From assembly GCA_951406725.2 (NCBI GenBank), contig OX597823.1:30876001-30940000 (forward strand): a stretch of DNA of 64,000 nt. Reading direction: 5' to 3'. The stretch is from Octopus vulgaris. Lineage: Eukaryota. Shown here in pieces: positions 27,291 to 42,729 of the stretch. How positions within the stretch are numbered: position 1 is the stretch's first letter; each line of letters opens with the position of its first letter. Under the pieces are notes generated by a model that was not told the DNA's origin, searched no databases, and worked only from the letters and a program-made list of their open reading frames with translations. A program made the translations under genes and the position numbers.

Positions 27291-27674
27291 TTTACCGGTT
27301 AGAGAACATTTTCCGAAGTGAAGGCATTTGAAAAATACACATAAATATAATTTGTGGAGCTTTATACAATGCCGGATTTCGGTCGAGCGCCCTGTATCTA
27401 GTTCTAGAAATTGTGTTTCGTAAACAACAGACTATGCTGATGATCTTGCAGATGTTTATGTATTCATATACGTAAATTATTAACAAGTGAAACTAATTAG
27501 TACATAGGTAATCGTTTTTTATTTCGTATATTTTCATTTGTCTTGCTTATTTTTACGCTTTGGTTTTTTGCTGAATTTTTTCTTGAGAACACATTCTCCG
27601 TGGAAAATGGCAATTTTGACGTCTATATCTAGCATACAGGCTGTCCACTTTTAGTGGTCATCCTCTAAATTTTA

Positions 27675-27722
<48 letters not shown>

Positions 27723-27831
27723 CATACACACATACACACACACATAGATATATATACGTACATGCATACATATATATATATACATATATACATACATACA
27801 TATATACATACACACACACACACACACATAC

Positions 27832-27864
<33 letters not shown>

Positions 27865-27949
27865 TACACATACACACATACACACACACATAGATATATA
27901 TACGTACATGCATACACATATATATATACATATATACATACATACATAT

Positions 27950-28001
<52 letters not shown>

Positions 28002-28019
28002 CTTTGTATGTATTTGTGT

Positions 28020-28510
28020 GTCCGTGGTTGTCCAGTGTTCGAGCATTGCTGATTTGCGGAGTTGACGTGTATAGGATGGATCCGGTTATCAGCCGAGTCC
28101 ATCGTGAAGATCGCCCCACCGCCATTCCTTTGACCAGGAAGGAAAGGCAATTTCTCTCCATCTACTGGCTGTGGCGAAGGAGGCGGTGTAGTGGACGAGA
28201 CTGAAAGGACTGAAGACAGATACTTTTACCTCCCTCTTCGGCCAAGCGCCCTTATCGACTTTTTCAAGACCAGAGCTTTTTCAAGGAAAGTGAGGGTGGA
28301 AAGAAAAGTACTGTCCTCAGCACTTTTGCTGCAAGGTGGGCGAATGTTGCGAGGCTTTTGTGAATGGGCCTGCTCTGAACATACGCTTGTAAGCCGGAGG
28401 AGTTGAGGAATAAGGTGTCCGCCTGAAGTACCCTTGGCGGTCGGGGTGTCAAGTGTCTGGGGTTTCCTTAGTAGTCCCTGGCTGGAACTCACGCCTTTTG
28501 GGGAATTTTA
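28020..28510 (+). mobile_element. 3' end of an L1/Tx1-clade LINE (ORF2 C-terminus plus 3'UTR)
   Basis: Frameshifted [10 protein letters not shown]...[20 protein letters not shown]...ALIDFFK...RKVRVERKVLSS...FAARWANVAR, typical of a Tx1 ORF2 tail. Confidence 0.7.
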
Positions 28511-28514
28511 TTCA

Positions 28515-28714
28515 TTTCTTCTTTTATTCTTCAGTAATTTGTCTGCGGCCATGCTGGAGCACCACCTTTAATTGAACAAATCGACACCAAGACTCATTCT
28601 TTGTAAATCTAGTACTTATTCTATCGGTTTCTTTCGCCGAACCACCAGGTTACGGGGACGTAAACACACTAACATTGGTTGGGAAGCGATGGTGGAGGGA
28701 CAAACACAGACACA

Positions 28715-28777
<63 letters not shown>

Positions 28778-28876
28778 ACACATACGATGGGCTTCTTTAA
28801 TTTTCTGTCTTCCAAATCCACTCATAAGGCTTTGGTCGGCCCGTGGCTAGAGTAGAGGACACTAGCCCAAGGTGCT
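28515..28876 (-). mobile_element. SINE family B, head truncated
   Basis: Homology to other family B copies. Confidence 0.8.
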
Positions 28877-29096
28877 AAAATAAAAATAATACTAATAATA
28901 ATGATTTCTTTATTGAAACATATTGATATTATTAATAACAATACCAATAATAGAGGTCAATGAAAATCATCATCATCATCATCATTGTTATTATTGTCAT
29001 TATTATATTTATATTTTCTAATGAAATGTATATTACCATTGCTACTGACATACTATAATATCACGCGTTTACATTAACATCTGCTTGCATATATAA

Positions 29097-29169
<73 letters not shown>

Positions 29170-29172
<3 letters not shown>

Positions 29173-29512
29173 AAGAAAGCTAGAGGTTGTGAATCTAACC
29201 AACTAAGGGATAATATCTATCCAATATACTGCTGGTAGAATACACAATTATTAATACACAAGTGTTTTTTATTGCATTGCAATTATATTACCTAGTGTAC
29301 TAAGTGGGTGAAGGTAAAGAGATATTTTACCATTAATTCATAGAGTAATAAGGAAATGGAGGGGATCAATAGGTAGTTCATCAACTTTTAGACATTATAT
29401 TATGTTAACTTATATTTTTATTTACAAAAATGACAATTACATGAATAAAACTTAGATATGTTTCGGCCAAAGATTGGTCCAGGCCATGTCTAACTTAATA
29501 GCACCACCTGAT
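29170..29512 (-). mobile_element. TA-flanked dispersed repeat with partial hammerhead-like 3' half
   Basis: Similar to 61785-62040 (CTAAGGGATAAT...TCCAATATACT); reverse strand has GGCC...GGCC-GAAA-CATA-TC but no intact CUGANGA. Confidence 0.45.
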
Positions 29513-29890
29513 ATATATATTATCTATATATATGTATATATGTATGTACATACATACATACATACGCATATATATGCACACATACATATATATGTATATG
29601 CACACATGTACATATAAGTATGTACGTATGTATACACAAACACACACACACACACGCAGACACACACACAATTATAACTTAAATGGCATCTCACCAGATC
29701 TTAGGTTCTATGTTCTGAAGAAGGAACTGCGGCATGCTTTGGGAATATTCCTACAAACCCAAGGCATACCAGTTATCTTCCCTTTATCTCAAAATTATTG
29801 GACGTTTTCTATTGCTGAACCTATCAAAAACGGGCAATATGTACAATATGTACGTGTATATATGTATATATATATGTGTGTGTATACATA

Positions 29891-30692
29891 CATGGTCTGA
29901 TCAATAAGTATCCGGATTGTTGCCATAATATCGAAGCTAAAGCACGCAGAGTGAAGCCGCTTGGCACAGATTGACTTTAAACTGCATTGTGCTTACGCAC
30001 TAAGTTTTAACGTTCTACCTTACTCCCGCTATTTACAGCAGTGCTTGGAAGGAAGGTGTGTAGCATGTGATCGTTGCATGACCATGACAGAGAAAGTTGA
30101 GCAGAGAATCTGCATAAAAGTTTTGCCAAAATCTTGGTGATATCTGATTAGAAGCCTACGCAAAGTTTTCAAAAAGTTTTCATCATTCTCGACACAATCA
30201 AGGAGATCTTGGGCAACTGAAACCCGAGTGTCTTTTTGGTCAGCTGAAAATAGTTTTGGCACAAACTTGGCAGACACGCATCTCATAACCAAAACGTCAG
30301 TGATAATGGACTGAACTGAACCGTAACTAATCTGCACAGCCTCTGATAACTCATGGATGGGGATTCGGAGAGTTCCCTTCACAACTGCACGCACATCTGC
30401 GATGTTCATCTCAGTCCTGATGGTTGCGTTTCTTCCAGAACTTTCGTCAATATCTACATTTTTTCGGCCATCTTGGAAACGTCTCAACCACTCGTACATT
30501 TGTGTGCGGCTCATACACTCCTCTCCATACACTTTCTGCAACCATACACTTTCTGCGAAGGCCTCTGAGCGGGTATCTCCATGACAACTTTCTCTGTTAT
30601 TGTCAATGCGACGATTACACGTTACACACCTGCCTTCTAAGCACTGCTGTAAAGAGCAAAAGTGAGCTAGAACGCTAAAACCTAGTGCGCAT
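29891..30692 (-). mobile_element. Deleted mariner derivative with long internal inverted repeats and N-terminal transposase remnant
   Basis: ORF 30029-30541 (QKVYGEECMSRTQMYEW...FQDGR...KFVPKL) is a mariner HTH region; 29990-30110 is mirrored by 30575-30692; TA|CATGGTCTGATCAATAAG terminus. Confidence 0.85.
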
Positions 30693-31111
30693 TACAATTC
30701 ATTGGTTGAGAAAGAGGGAGTGGAGGGAAACGAGAGAAACATAAAACTTCTTATGTCAAATAAGTCAGCGTCGAATCAGCGACACCAAATGAGCAGCACC
30801 AAAATGGCTGTATTAGAACATCTTCCCTTGCGATGTTACATTTAATTCTTAATGTTTATTATTGCTTTCTATGCTGATTTCTGCACAATCCAACCCACCC
30901 CAAACACTGTTTATGCAGTTTGTCCTCGGAATGACACTTCGTTCATTGCCCTTGCTGCAAAAAAACAAAAAACAAAAAAACGAAAAACATGAAAATGAAA
31001 AGAAATCCTCTCCATTATAACCACCACCATTATCTTCATCACCACCAGCACCAGCAACTGTAGGACGACCAGCTCCATCACCTCCACCGCTATCATTAGC
31101 ATCATCATTTC

Positions 31112-31169
<58 letters not shown>

Positions 31170-31552
31170 GTAGTAATAATAATGATGATAATAATACCTA
31201 CAACGCAAATTTATCGTTGTGTATCGTCAACAACTAAATGTATTTATAAAAGACTGCTTGCAACATGCACCAAACGCTCATAAGTACATACGTATTTTTG
31301 GACATCTTAGTAAATAGTTAACATTCCAGACATTTCCAAAGTTATATCTAAAATACACTGATCTGTCTCAGCAGTGAACGAGACGCTAGAATGGGGAATT
31401 TCGAAATCAATTTTACATTTGATATTCATAAATGCATTAGTGGGCTTTTTATAACGGAAATGGTTTCATTAAAATCTTGCTGCTGACTAGCACAGACACA
31501 CAGACACACAGACACGCACACGCATACGTATGTGTATACACGCATAACTATG

Positions 31553-31601
<49 letters not shown>

Positions 31602-31661
31602 AGAAATTAAATATAAATTATAAATTACAAAGTCGGACAAGAACGCAAAAACACACAGAGA

Positions 31662-31700
<39 letters not shown>

Positions 31701-31701
31701 T

Positions 31702-31741
<40 letters not shown>

Positions 31742-31928
31742 CGCCATGATAGATCGTTAGCCACTACACACATAGTTTTCTCTCCTTGTTTTTTTTCTGT
31801 CTCCCTTTCTGTAGAAGAGCGTAGGCTCGAAACGTAAAAACTTCTATTCCTGAGCGTTATACTAATACCTCTGTTTGTTTTGTACACCACCTGTCTTCGT
31901 CTTTTGTTTTTTTCGTAAACTCTCCCTA
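31742..31928 (+). mobile_element. Family H1 short element with hammerhead-like motif at 31805-31840
   Basis: UUU-CUGUAGA-A-GAGC-GUAG-GCUC-GAAA-CG-UA-AAA; (TA)n on both flanks. Confidence 0.75.
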
Positions 31929-31944
31929 TATATATATATATATA

Positions 31945-32718
31945 TATGGAAAAATAGTCAAGATAGAAAATGCTAAAATAATTTTATAAAAAGCATTTCA
32001 GTACCGGTTTCAGTCATTGAGACTTTTTCAACTGTAAGGATGGAAAATAATTAAATTTGGAAAAATTAAAAGAAAAGTTTTTTTTTAAAGAATATTTGCA
32101 TAGTGTTCAAATACAAGTGGCATTTTCCTTGTTTTTGCCTATCTCTGTCTCTCTTGTTTACTCTTGTGGGTTCGTGGTCGTTGAGAATTCTTGGTAGGGA
32201 AGAAGAAGAAGAAGAAGAAGAAGAAGAAGAAGAAGAAGAAGAAGAAGAAGAAGAGGAGGAGGAGGAGGAAGAAGAAGAAGAAGAAGAAGAAGAAGAAGAA
32301 GAAGAAGAAGAAGAAGAAGAAGAAGAAGAAGAAGAAGGGAGAATAAGAAGGAATGTAGGTAGTGTGAAAGTAGTAAGGTGTTAAATGACTTAAAATTGGC
32401 ATGTTATGGATTATAGATTGTTATGGATTGGGATTGTTTTTTAATGAATTCTTGGGAATCTCTTGAGTGTATCATTTTAAATATTTGCGTGTGCATTTCT
32501 GTTATTTTAAGGCCGTGGTGGATATGTCGTTTGTCGTAGACGCGTTCAAAAGGGGTCTGTATTTTGTAATAAAGAGAGTCTCTTTACTAATTCGTTGGTT
32601 CCAGGTTGTATCGTCCCTGAACTGGGGGAAAAATTCTGAATCTTGGATTTTTGTTATTGGCGCAAATGTCTATGTGTTGGCTGAATGCTATTTTTCTGTT
32701 TTGGGGAATTTTTATCAT
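31945..32718 (-). mobile_element. 5'-truncated Penelope-like element: GIY-YIG C-terminus plus 3' terminal repeat with hammerhead
   Basis: 32535-32718 translates IKIPQNRKIAFSQHIDICANNKNPRFRIFP...QRISKETLFITKYRPLLN; HHR downstream on the same strand at 31999-32034; internal (GAA)n at 32200-32336. Confidence 0.75.
31999..32034 (-). ncRNA. Minimal hammerhead, U3-A8 compensated core (family H2)
   Basis: Reverse strand: CAG-UUGAAAA-AGUC-UCAAU-GACU-GAAA-CCGG-UA-CUG. Confidence 0.7.
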
Positions 32719-33090
32719 GCAACTGGTACGTAATTTATCGACCCCGAAAGGATGAAAGGCAAAGTCGACCTCGGCGGAATTTGAACTCAGAACGCAGCGG
32801 CAGACGAAATACCGCTAAGCATTTCGCCCGGCGTGCTAACGTTTCTGCCAGCTCGCCGCCTTAGAATAATTATTTATTATTTTCTATTCTAGGCACAAGG
32901 CCCGAAATTTTGGGGGAAGGGGTCAGTCGATTAGATCGAGTGCAGTATGCAACTGGTACTTAACTTATCGACCCCGAAAGGATGAAAGGCAAAGACGACT
33001 TCGGCAGAATTTTAACTCAGGACGTAAAAGTAGACGAAACACCGCTAAGCATTTCACTCGGCGTGCTAACGTTTCTGCCAGCTCAACGCT
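32719..33090 (-). mobile_element. Two adjacent SINE family A copies
   Basis: Heads end at about 32862 and 33090. Confidence 0.85.
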
Positions 33091-34028
33091 TTGGTATCAC
33101 TGAATATCGTCGACGTTAATCATCTTTGGTCTTTCCCTCTCAAGGATGTATGCCATATCTACGGTGGTTAGTTCTTTTCAACAGCAATGATTGAAAACTA
33201 CAAAGAAATACCATTACAGTTCATTAATCAGCGCTCTACAGTTCGTCCCAACTACAATGTCAGTCAAGCAGGACATCGTGCATCGAGATATGACTCCCTG
33301 ACACTCCGCTTCTTCTAGAAGACTTGCTCACCCCCACGTGATTGACACGACTCCTCTAGACCCTCATGCTTTAGACACATTTTCATGTGCCTGCTACATA
33401 TTGCTTTCCCAAAGCACCGTTAAATTTTTAATCGAGACGTATTTTAACTCAAGTTAGATCATACTATAATGCTGGGCATTGCTTGGGTGTTGCAATTCGG
33501 ATCTTAGAGTTTTTTTTTTGTTCCATGCACCCTCGCAACACTTCGCCAAACTTTTCGTTTTCCATCTAGCTAAACATGTCGCTCAACAACCAGACGATGT
33601 TTAGCGTTAATTCTCATGACATTGCCGCTTTAGTGCACAAGTAAGGATGACCAACACTTGATTATACAGAAACGCTTCGGAACGTTTCTAAAATTAAGCA
33701 GTCACATCAACATTGAAGATCTGCCAGTCATCAATACTTTCCTTTCCTATAAACCTTTGAAATTTTATTTTTAATGTGTTCTGAAACGTTTTTTATATCA
33801 ATTTTCGCAGATTCTTCTTGAATTCTTACATGGTGCAACCCAAATCTCTTTTTGAAGTAGTGGAAATACCCAGAAGTACCTAAAATATTTTCCACTCGTA
33901 GCCATCTATTTACCTTCCTTAATGTATATACACCGTTGATAGGCCAGGTACTGCGGCATCTGTTCTATGATTGCACCGTTTAGGGCGTACTGTGTTAAAA
34001 ACAAAGAATACCACAGCGGCGGCCACCG

Positions 34029-34076
34029 GGAACGCCAGATGTATTTCGGCCTTGTTTGGCCTTTTCAAGCACGTCC
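34029..34076 (-). ncRNA. Hammerhead-like motif, U3-A8 core, weak helix I
   Basis: Reverse strand: UUGAAAA-GGCC-AAACAA-GGCC-GAAA-UACA-UC. Confidence 0.45.
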
Positions 34077-34559
34077 ACAAGAGGTGTTATCTTAGGACAA
34101 ATACCACAGCAAATGGCCTATCAAAGGTGTATATTTATTAAGTATGATATATAAATGGCGATTTTAATTTAATACTGCTTCAGTTGCATGTACCAGACAT
34201 ATACATGTGCTCCGTGACTATTTTCAAGGTAAATAACATACTTAAAGTTTCGATACTGTAGCTCTCAATAAAATGCTGTTTTAATTACAGTCGTCAGTCC
34301 ATATGAGTAATAAGCGTCTACTATAATAATACTCTCGTGTTTTTCTCCGTTACAACATATGAATGAGAAATGAAGGGGTGATGGCAAACTTGGATGATGG
34401 AAATTGTACGGTAAAAAAAAATCAAACTGCGTTTCAACTCTGTGTGAGAACATGTGTGTGTGTATGTAAAAGAGAGGTATGTAAATGTGTGTGTGTGTGT
34501 GCAATGGAAGTGAGATGGTAAAAAAATCAAACAGCATGTATGTGTGTTCGTGTACAAGG

Positions 34560-34669
34560 GAAGTATGTGTATGTCTGTAACTGTGATTATTAGGTACCTT
34601 GTTTTGTACCTAATTTATATATAAAACACTACAATTAGCCGTCATTTTTGACGGCACGGGGCCGGCTAG
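34560..34669 (+). mobile_element. Helitron 3' terminus
   Basis: Hairpin GCCGTCA-TTTT-TGACGGC followed after about 10 nt by CTAG|T. Confidence 0.6.
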
Positions 34670-35201
34670 TTCCATAGTAATAACCTTGTCACTCTGATTT
34701 CTTACTTATTTCACGGGCATTGAAGAAGAAACCTTCTGATAATCTTTAGATTGTTATAACATGGTGCTTACAGCTACTTCATTCAATCCAAACGAACGGA
34801 CGATCTCTGATTTTCTAACGCTTTTATAATAAATTGTAATTATCTCGAGGTTGTTCTCTAAAGTAAAAAACTTCTCACTTTTTTTTTATTGCTATTATTC
34901 TCATTTTCATTTTCCCCACTTCAGCCATCGGGAAAAATAGTCTAAATGAAAGGAAAAAGCAAGCGATGTCACGAGCAGGAAAAAATATGAAACAATGAGG
35001 GCTTTCGCTGCTGGCTGCCAGCTGTTACTAAGGTTTCTGAATATGCTCGTTACGAGATTTAAATTATTTTTCTTTTAAAATAGGACCGTGTTGTATGAAA
35101 TTTATCTCGTGCTAAATAAAAACAGGTTGCAATTCTTAAATCGTGTAAACGCGAAGTCGTGTTAATCGAAACCTTGTTAAATGAGGTGTTCTGTATGCGT
35201 G

Positions 35202-35246
<45 letters not shown>

Positions 35247-35424
35247 GCATGTATGTATGTATTTATGTATGTATGTATGTATGTATGTATGTACAGGTAC
35301 GCAAATGTATATGTAGATGCAGATTGACAAAAGTGTGTGTTCATATGCAGGGATGCTTGTTTGTGAGAGTGTTTATGTGTGTGTTAATCTGTCAGTGTGA
35401 TTCTTTAATTCAATATACATACAT

Positions 35425-35464
<40 letters not shown>

Positions 35465-35471
35465 ATGTATG

Positions 35472-35510
<39 letters not shown>

Positions 35511-35513
35511 ATG

Positions 35514-35564
<51 letters not shown>

Positions 35565-35590
35565 GTATATATATATATAGAGAGAGATTT

Positions 35591-35672
<82 letters not shown>

Positions 35673-35768
35673 GGATAGATAGGTAGATAGAATAATTGAG
35701 TAATTGATACAGACATACATAGTATAAGTACAAAAGTACGTCTGTGTGAGCATACTCATACAAACACT

Positions 35769-35799
<31 letters not shown>

Positions 35800-36175
35800 A
35801 TACATACACACACAAACACACACCCAGACACAGGTTCACACGCTCTCACTTCGTTTTCAGTTTGTTTCTCTTAACTCAATATGGCGGCCGCCGATTCGTG
35901 CTGTAAAAGTTAATATGTCAAACAAGATATCAGCAAACGTTGCAGCACCACAGGTTAATTTCAAAGGTTTGCACGGTTCTAAAGAAGTCAATTAGTGTGG
36001 CATTAATTATAACATCGAAATAATTAATCTATTCACCGAGCAATACGGCACTGCCTCTTATTTTCTATCGTTCATTTTTCTCTTCATTATTGATGGGAAA
36101 AAAATTGTTTTCGTCACTTTATTCATAGAATGGAATTCTTCCGTGGGAGGTAATATCGTAGTTCATCGATGGTTA

Positions 36176-36245
<70 letters not shown>

Positions 36246-36273
36246 GTTATTATTGTTGTTGTTGTTATTATTG

Positions 36274-36335
<62 letters not shown>

Positions 36336-37946
36336 ATAAAGATATCGTATTTAATATTATTAATATTATCATTAATTTCATCAGCATCGTAGTGATGGTG
36401 GTGGTGGTGGTGGTCATCATCGTCATCATCATAAGCAGCAGCAGCAGCACCATCACTATCATTATTATTATTATTGTTGTAGTTGTTGTTTTTGTTGTTG
36501 ATGTAGTTGTCACCTCTATATTTGTATATTGTTATTCCTTCTATAGTTAATATTTCGCGAATTCGTTAAAAACACAAACAATCACACAACATACAAATCT
36601 GTCATTACTTAAATATAAATTATATGTATAGCTATTTCGTGCCCATTTTTTTCTATCTCATTCTCCTTGTCTTCTTTCTCTATCTATGTATATACATACA
36701 TACATATATATGTATGTATGTATGCACACACACATACATACGTACATAGATTTACATATATACAAACATACATTTATATACATGCATATACATACATTTA
36801 TAAGTTAAAAAAACATAATGAATATACAAACGGAAAAAGACACATTTGCACACACGCACACTCGTATATGTATGTGTACATATATTTATATACATATATG
36901 AATATACATATATGTACATACATACATACATATATATGCATACATACATATATACATACATACACACACATACATACATATATACATGCATACATGCATA
37001 CATACATGCATGCATACATACACATACGTACATACAAAATACATACATACATATGTACATACATGCATACATGCATATGTACATACATTCATATATACAT
37101 ACATTCATGAATACATACAGACATATATACATACATATATATACATGCATACATACGTACATACATATACGTACATATATACATACATAATACATACATA
37201 TACATACATAATACATACATATACCTACATAAATACATACATACATAGGTTTGTATGTATAGACAGAGGAGTGAGTCCGTGGTAAGACCTTTGTTTCTCA
37301 ACCGTGTGACATCGGGTTTATTTATTCTAAAACAGTCCCGGACCGAAAGATGTTGCGAGTCTTCCTCATAGAAAGTTTCAGCACCAATGAAGCATCGGTG
37401 TTAATTCTATCGATTGCATATCAGGTGGTAATGGAATGCGTAGCGAATTCCGAGTTTCTCCTCAATTTCCTTGTGGCGACTTCTGCGACGAAACTGGCGC
37501 CAAATGACTTGTCCCAGGCGCTTCCCTTGAAAGACATCAGCAGAATGGAGATAAGTCTTCATAAAACCTTGTCGAATTCTGCAATCCCCACCTTTTTTTC
37601 TTCAAATAAGGAACCATGGCCTCTCGCGATTGAAGGATAACTATCTTCATGCGTGCGTATAGTGAATACACACATACATGCTGACACGTTGATATACATG
37701 AATACATAGTACGTGTGTGTGTATATATATACACAGTACATGTGTGTGTATATGTCCATAGTATGTGTGCGTGTGTATGTACATAATACGTGTGTGTGTG
37801 TATATATACACAAAGTGCGTGTGTGCATATACATAGTGCGTGTGTGTTTATACATAGTATGTGCCCGTAAGTGACAGTGGTTGCTGGGAAAAACATTAAA
37901 TAGATATTCGCAAACAGGTCTCCCTAATCGAAAACCAGTGATTACC

Positions 37947-37989
37947 GTACGTTGACGAGAGGCAAAAACTTCGAAACTATAGTCCGTAT
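37947..37989 (+). ncRNA. Minimal hammerhead motif (C3U) in dispersed repeat 37900-38200
   Basis: UACG-UUGACGA-GAGG-loop-CUUC-GAAA-CUAUAG-UC-CGUA; palindrome ACUAUAGU. Confidence 0.65.
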
Positions 37990-38278
37990 GTATCACTTAG
38001 GTTTTCGAGAGGGGATGACCTCCCTTTGCGAATATCAGAAGGGCACAGAAAGTGTGTCTAAAGCCAGCTGGAGACGATGATCTCCTGGGGCTAAAAGCTT
38101 CAGTAACACCTACCCCCAGTGGCTAGCCACATTCAGATGGCTAGTATACTTTACGTTGTCGAGCGGTTACTGTTTACATCTCGTTCGGAGATTTATTAAT
38201 GCTTATATATATATATATATATATATATACATACACATAGTACCTGCGTGTGTGTATATATACATAGTACGTGTGTGA

Positions 38279-38323
<45 letters not shown>

Positions 38324-38845
38324 CAGAAATGTTAACAAGCAATCTTTAAAATATCTCCCCCACCGAAGTTAACAAAGAACTTACCAGATCTACAAACCAA
38401 ACTGTAAAATTATATCATTAAAAAATTAAATTAATTAGAACTACTAGTGAAGTCATTCTTTTCTTTTTTCAAATATATCATATATCGTTTCTATTATGCA
38501 AAAGTGTCGCAAGTTCAAAACTTTGCTTTTTCAGAAAACGAAAGCATAGTTTAACCATTCCATAGCAAAACCGTTGTACTACACTTTGACACTTTTTATA
38601 TATCTTGGCATCTGAAGCAGCTGGAGATACGATAGCTTGACCAAAAGAAACGGCTATTGCAAGCAAAAGTAAATATTGAAAAAAAAAAAAGACGCATTTG
38701 GCCAAATTTGGACATATGACAGTTTAGCATAATAGTAACGATATATATATCTATATATAAATGGAGTTTAACGCAGGTATAATTCAAATACTTTTACTTC
38801 CGACACATGTTTCGAAGATTTCACTGATATTATTCCAAAGGAAAA

Positions 38846-39189
38846 ATATAGCTTCCTCAGAGCCATTTCAATGAAGCAAATTGAGTTCCATCAGCTGATT
38901 ATTGGTAGCGCTAGGACTAAGCGGGATCGACAAAGAGTTGTGCTTACATGCGTGTACGAGTGAGTGCTTATTTCTTAAAGATAAATTACGCCCTAACCAC
39001 GAAGCCACGCGCTTGACAACTGGTGTTGGTGTGTTTATACCACCGTAACTAAGATTTAAGAAATAAGCACTCAGTCGCACACGCATGCACGCACACCTCT
39101 TTGTCGATCCCGCTTAGTCGTAGCGCTACCAATAATCAGCTGATGGAACTCAATTTACTTCATTGAAATGGCTCCGAGGAAGCTATATT
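38846..39189. repeat. About 90-bp inverted repeat pair around a 160-bp spacer
   Basis: AATATAGCTTCCTCAGAGCC...CGACAAAGAG versus CTCTTTGTCG...GGCTCCGAGGAAGCTATATT. Confidence 0.9.
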
Positions 39190-39761
39190 ATTTCGCACTA
39201 GAGTCGCGATTACATAGAGCAAAAACAACTGTAAGCTAATGTAAATAATTTCATTACATAACTTCTTTTCTTGGAACACTCATTTATGAATTTACATACA
39301 TACACGCAAGCAAGCATGCATACATACATACATACATACATACGTACATACATACGCACATACATGCATACATACATACATTCATACATGCATGCATACG
39401 TACGTACGTACATGCATACATACATACATTCATACATACATGCATACATCCATCCATACATGCATACATACTATCATATATGCATACATACACACATACA
39501 TACACGCAAGCATACATATATACATACATACATACATACATACATACATACATACATGCATACGTACATACATACATGCATGCATGGTTACATACAAGCT
39601 ATTATATATACATACATACACATATACATGCATGCATGCATGCATACATACATGCATACGTACATACATACATGCATGCATACATACAAGCTATCATATA
39701 TACATACATGCATACATACATACATGCATACATACACACATACATGCATAATGCATACATA

Positions 39762-39833
<72 letters not shown>

Positions 39834-39989
39834 TAGGGTGTAGAAGCCACTATGCTGGACATATTAATATAGTTAAGTTATCCTTTCAACACTCCGTCAG
39901 TTCTCCAAACAAATTATTTTGAATTAAATACGGAAATACAAATATACAACTATGTAAATGACGTAATTAATTTCTGATTTCTGTAGTGA

Positions 39990-41290
<1,301 letters not shown>

Positions 41291-41547
41291 TTAACAGTAA
41301 CCAGACCACCAAAGGAAAATGGCCAAACTTGAAATGGGTGATGTAATCCATCTGGGAATGTTTTACTTTCGACTTGTTGATAAGAATATATTGGAGATAT
41401 TACGGCCGGCATTCTTGAAATATCTGACATTTCTTTTAACTGTAAAGACTCTCTCTACCTTACTTCACTTGCGAGTCAAATCTAATCACTTTTTTTCTGT
41501 TTTGATATTACAAAGTGTATAATACATACATACGCACACACACACAC

Positions 41548-41585
<38 letters not shown>

Positions 41586-41726
41586 ATATATATACAAACA
41601 CACACATATATATATGTATATACATACACATACGTATATGTATATATATATATGTTTATATATATATGTATATATATGTATATATATATATATATATATA
41701 TTTATATGTTTATATATATATGTATA

Positions 41727-41783
<57 letters not shown>

Positions 41784-41794
41784 ATATATGTATA

Positions 41795-41826
<32 letters not shown>

Positions 41827-41875
41827 AATATAAATATATATGTGTGTGTGATTGTGTGTGTGTGTGTGTATGTGT

Positions 41876-42115
41876 GGAGGCGCAATGGCCCAGTGGTTAG
41901 GGCAGCGGCATCGCGGTCATAGGATCGTGGTTTCGATTCCCAGGCCGGGCGTTGTGAGTGTATATTGAGCGAAAACACCTAAAGCTCTCACTCTTTCTTC
42001 TGTTGGCCTGCTCGCTTAGCCAGCGGGGTGGCGTCATTTGAAGTGTAAAACAATGTGAAGCGCATTGTGACCAGCGATGTGTAGCAACATCTGATAGCCT
42101 GGTCGGTCACGTGAT

Positions 42116-42122
<7 letters not shown>
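41876..42122 (+). mobile_element. SINE family C head (GGAGGCGCAATGGCCCAGTGGTTAGGGCAGCGG) with an alternative 3' tail
   Basis: Head matches the 57691 and 55360 copies; the tail after CTGTTGGCCTGCTCGC differs. Confidence 0.8.
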
Positions 42123-42153
<31 letters not shown>

Positions 42154-42643
42154 GTATGCGTGTAGGCATGTACACACATGTATATATAGATACATGCGAA
42201 TATGTGTATGTATGTATGTACGTATTTAATAAATAACTCTCTTGCTGTCTCTCTCGCTCCTTTCCCCCTCCCTGCCTCTCTAATGTGCATGTATAAGTGA
42301 GTATGTATGTGTGTATGAGTGGGGTTTTGTTTGTGTGAGTGTTAATGTGTTTGTTAAAGTACGTGAACTACTAGTTAAGTTATTGACTGACAATCGTGCA
42401 CCACACGTTCAATTCCCGACGCACCGAGCAGCGCATTGTGTCCTTGTGGACGGTACTTCAGTTTGCCTTATACCAGTTCACACACCTTGGAAAAAGTACC
42501 TGTAAAAGCTGATGTTAACCTTTCAATGGTCTGCATTCCGCCAAAGACGTCCTTTTTAGTTTAGGTGTAGTAACCGCTTTGTATTTCATTTCCGCTTTAG
42601 AAAGGTTGTAACAGGTAGGCCAAAATGGAGTATGGCTTCGATT

Positions 42644-42674
<31 letters not shown>

Positions 42675-42729
42675 ACACACACACACACAGACAGAAACAC
42701 AGGTGTATATACATAGGTGTATATACATT

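Noticed and set aside
32103-32402. Poly-Glu and poly-Phe ORFs
   Set aside because: (GAA)n expansion inside the PLE 3' region.
37330-37640. 96-aa ORF as a host exon
   Set aside because: No recognisable domain or splice signals; more likely a decayed LINE fragment, family not assignable.
41876-41950. tRNA genes (also at 42730, 55660 and 57691)
   Set aside because: These are tRNA-like heads of multi-copy SINEs that continue directly into SINE bodies.
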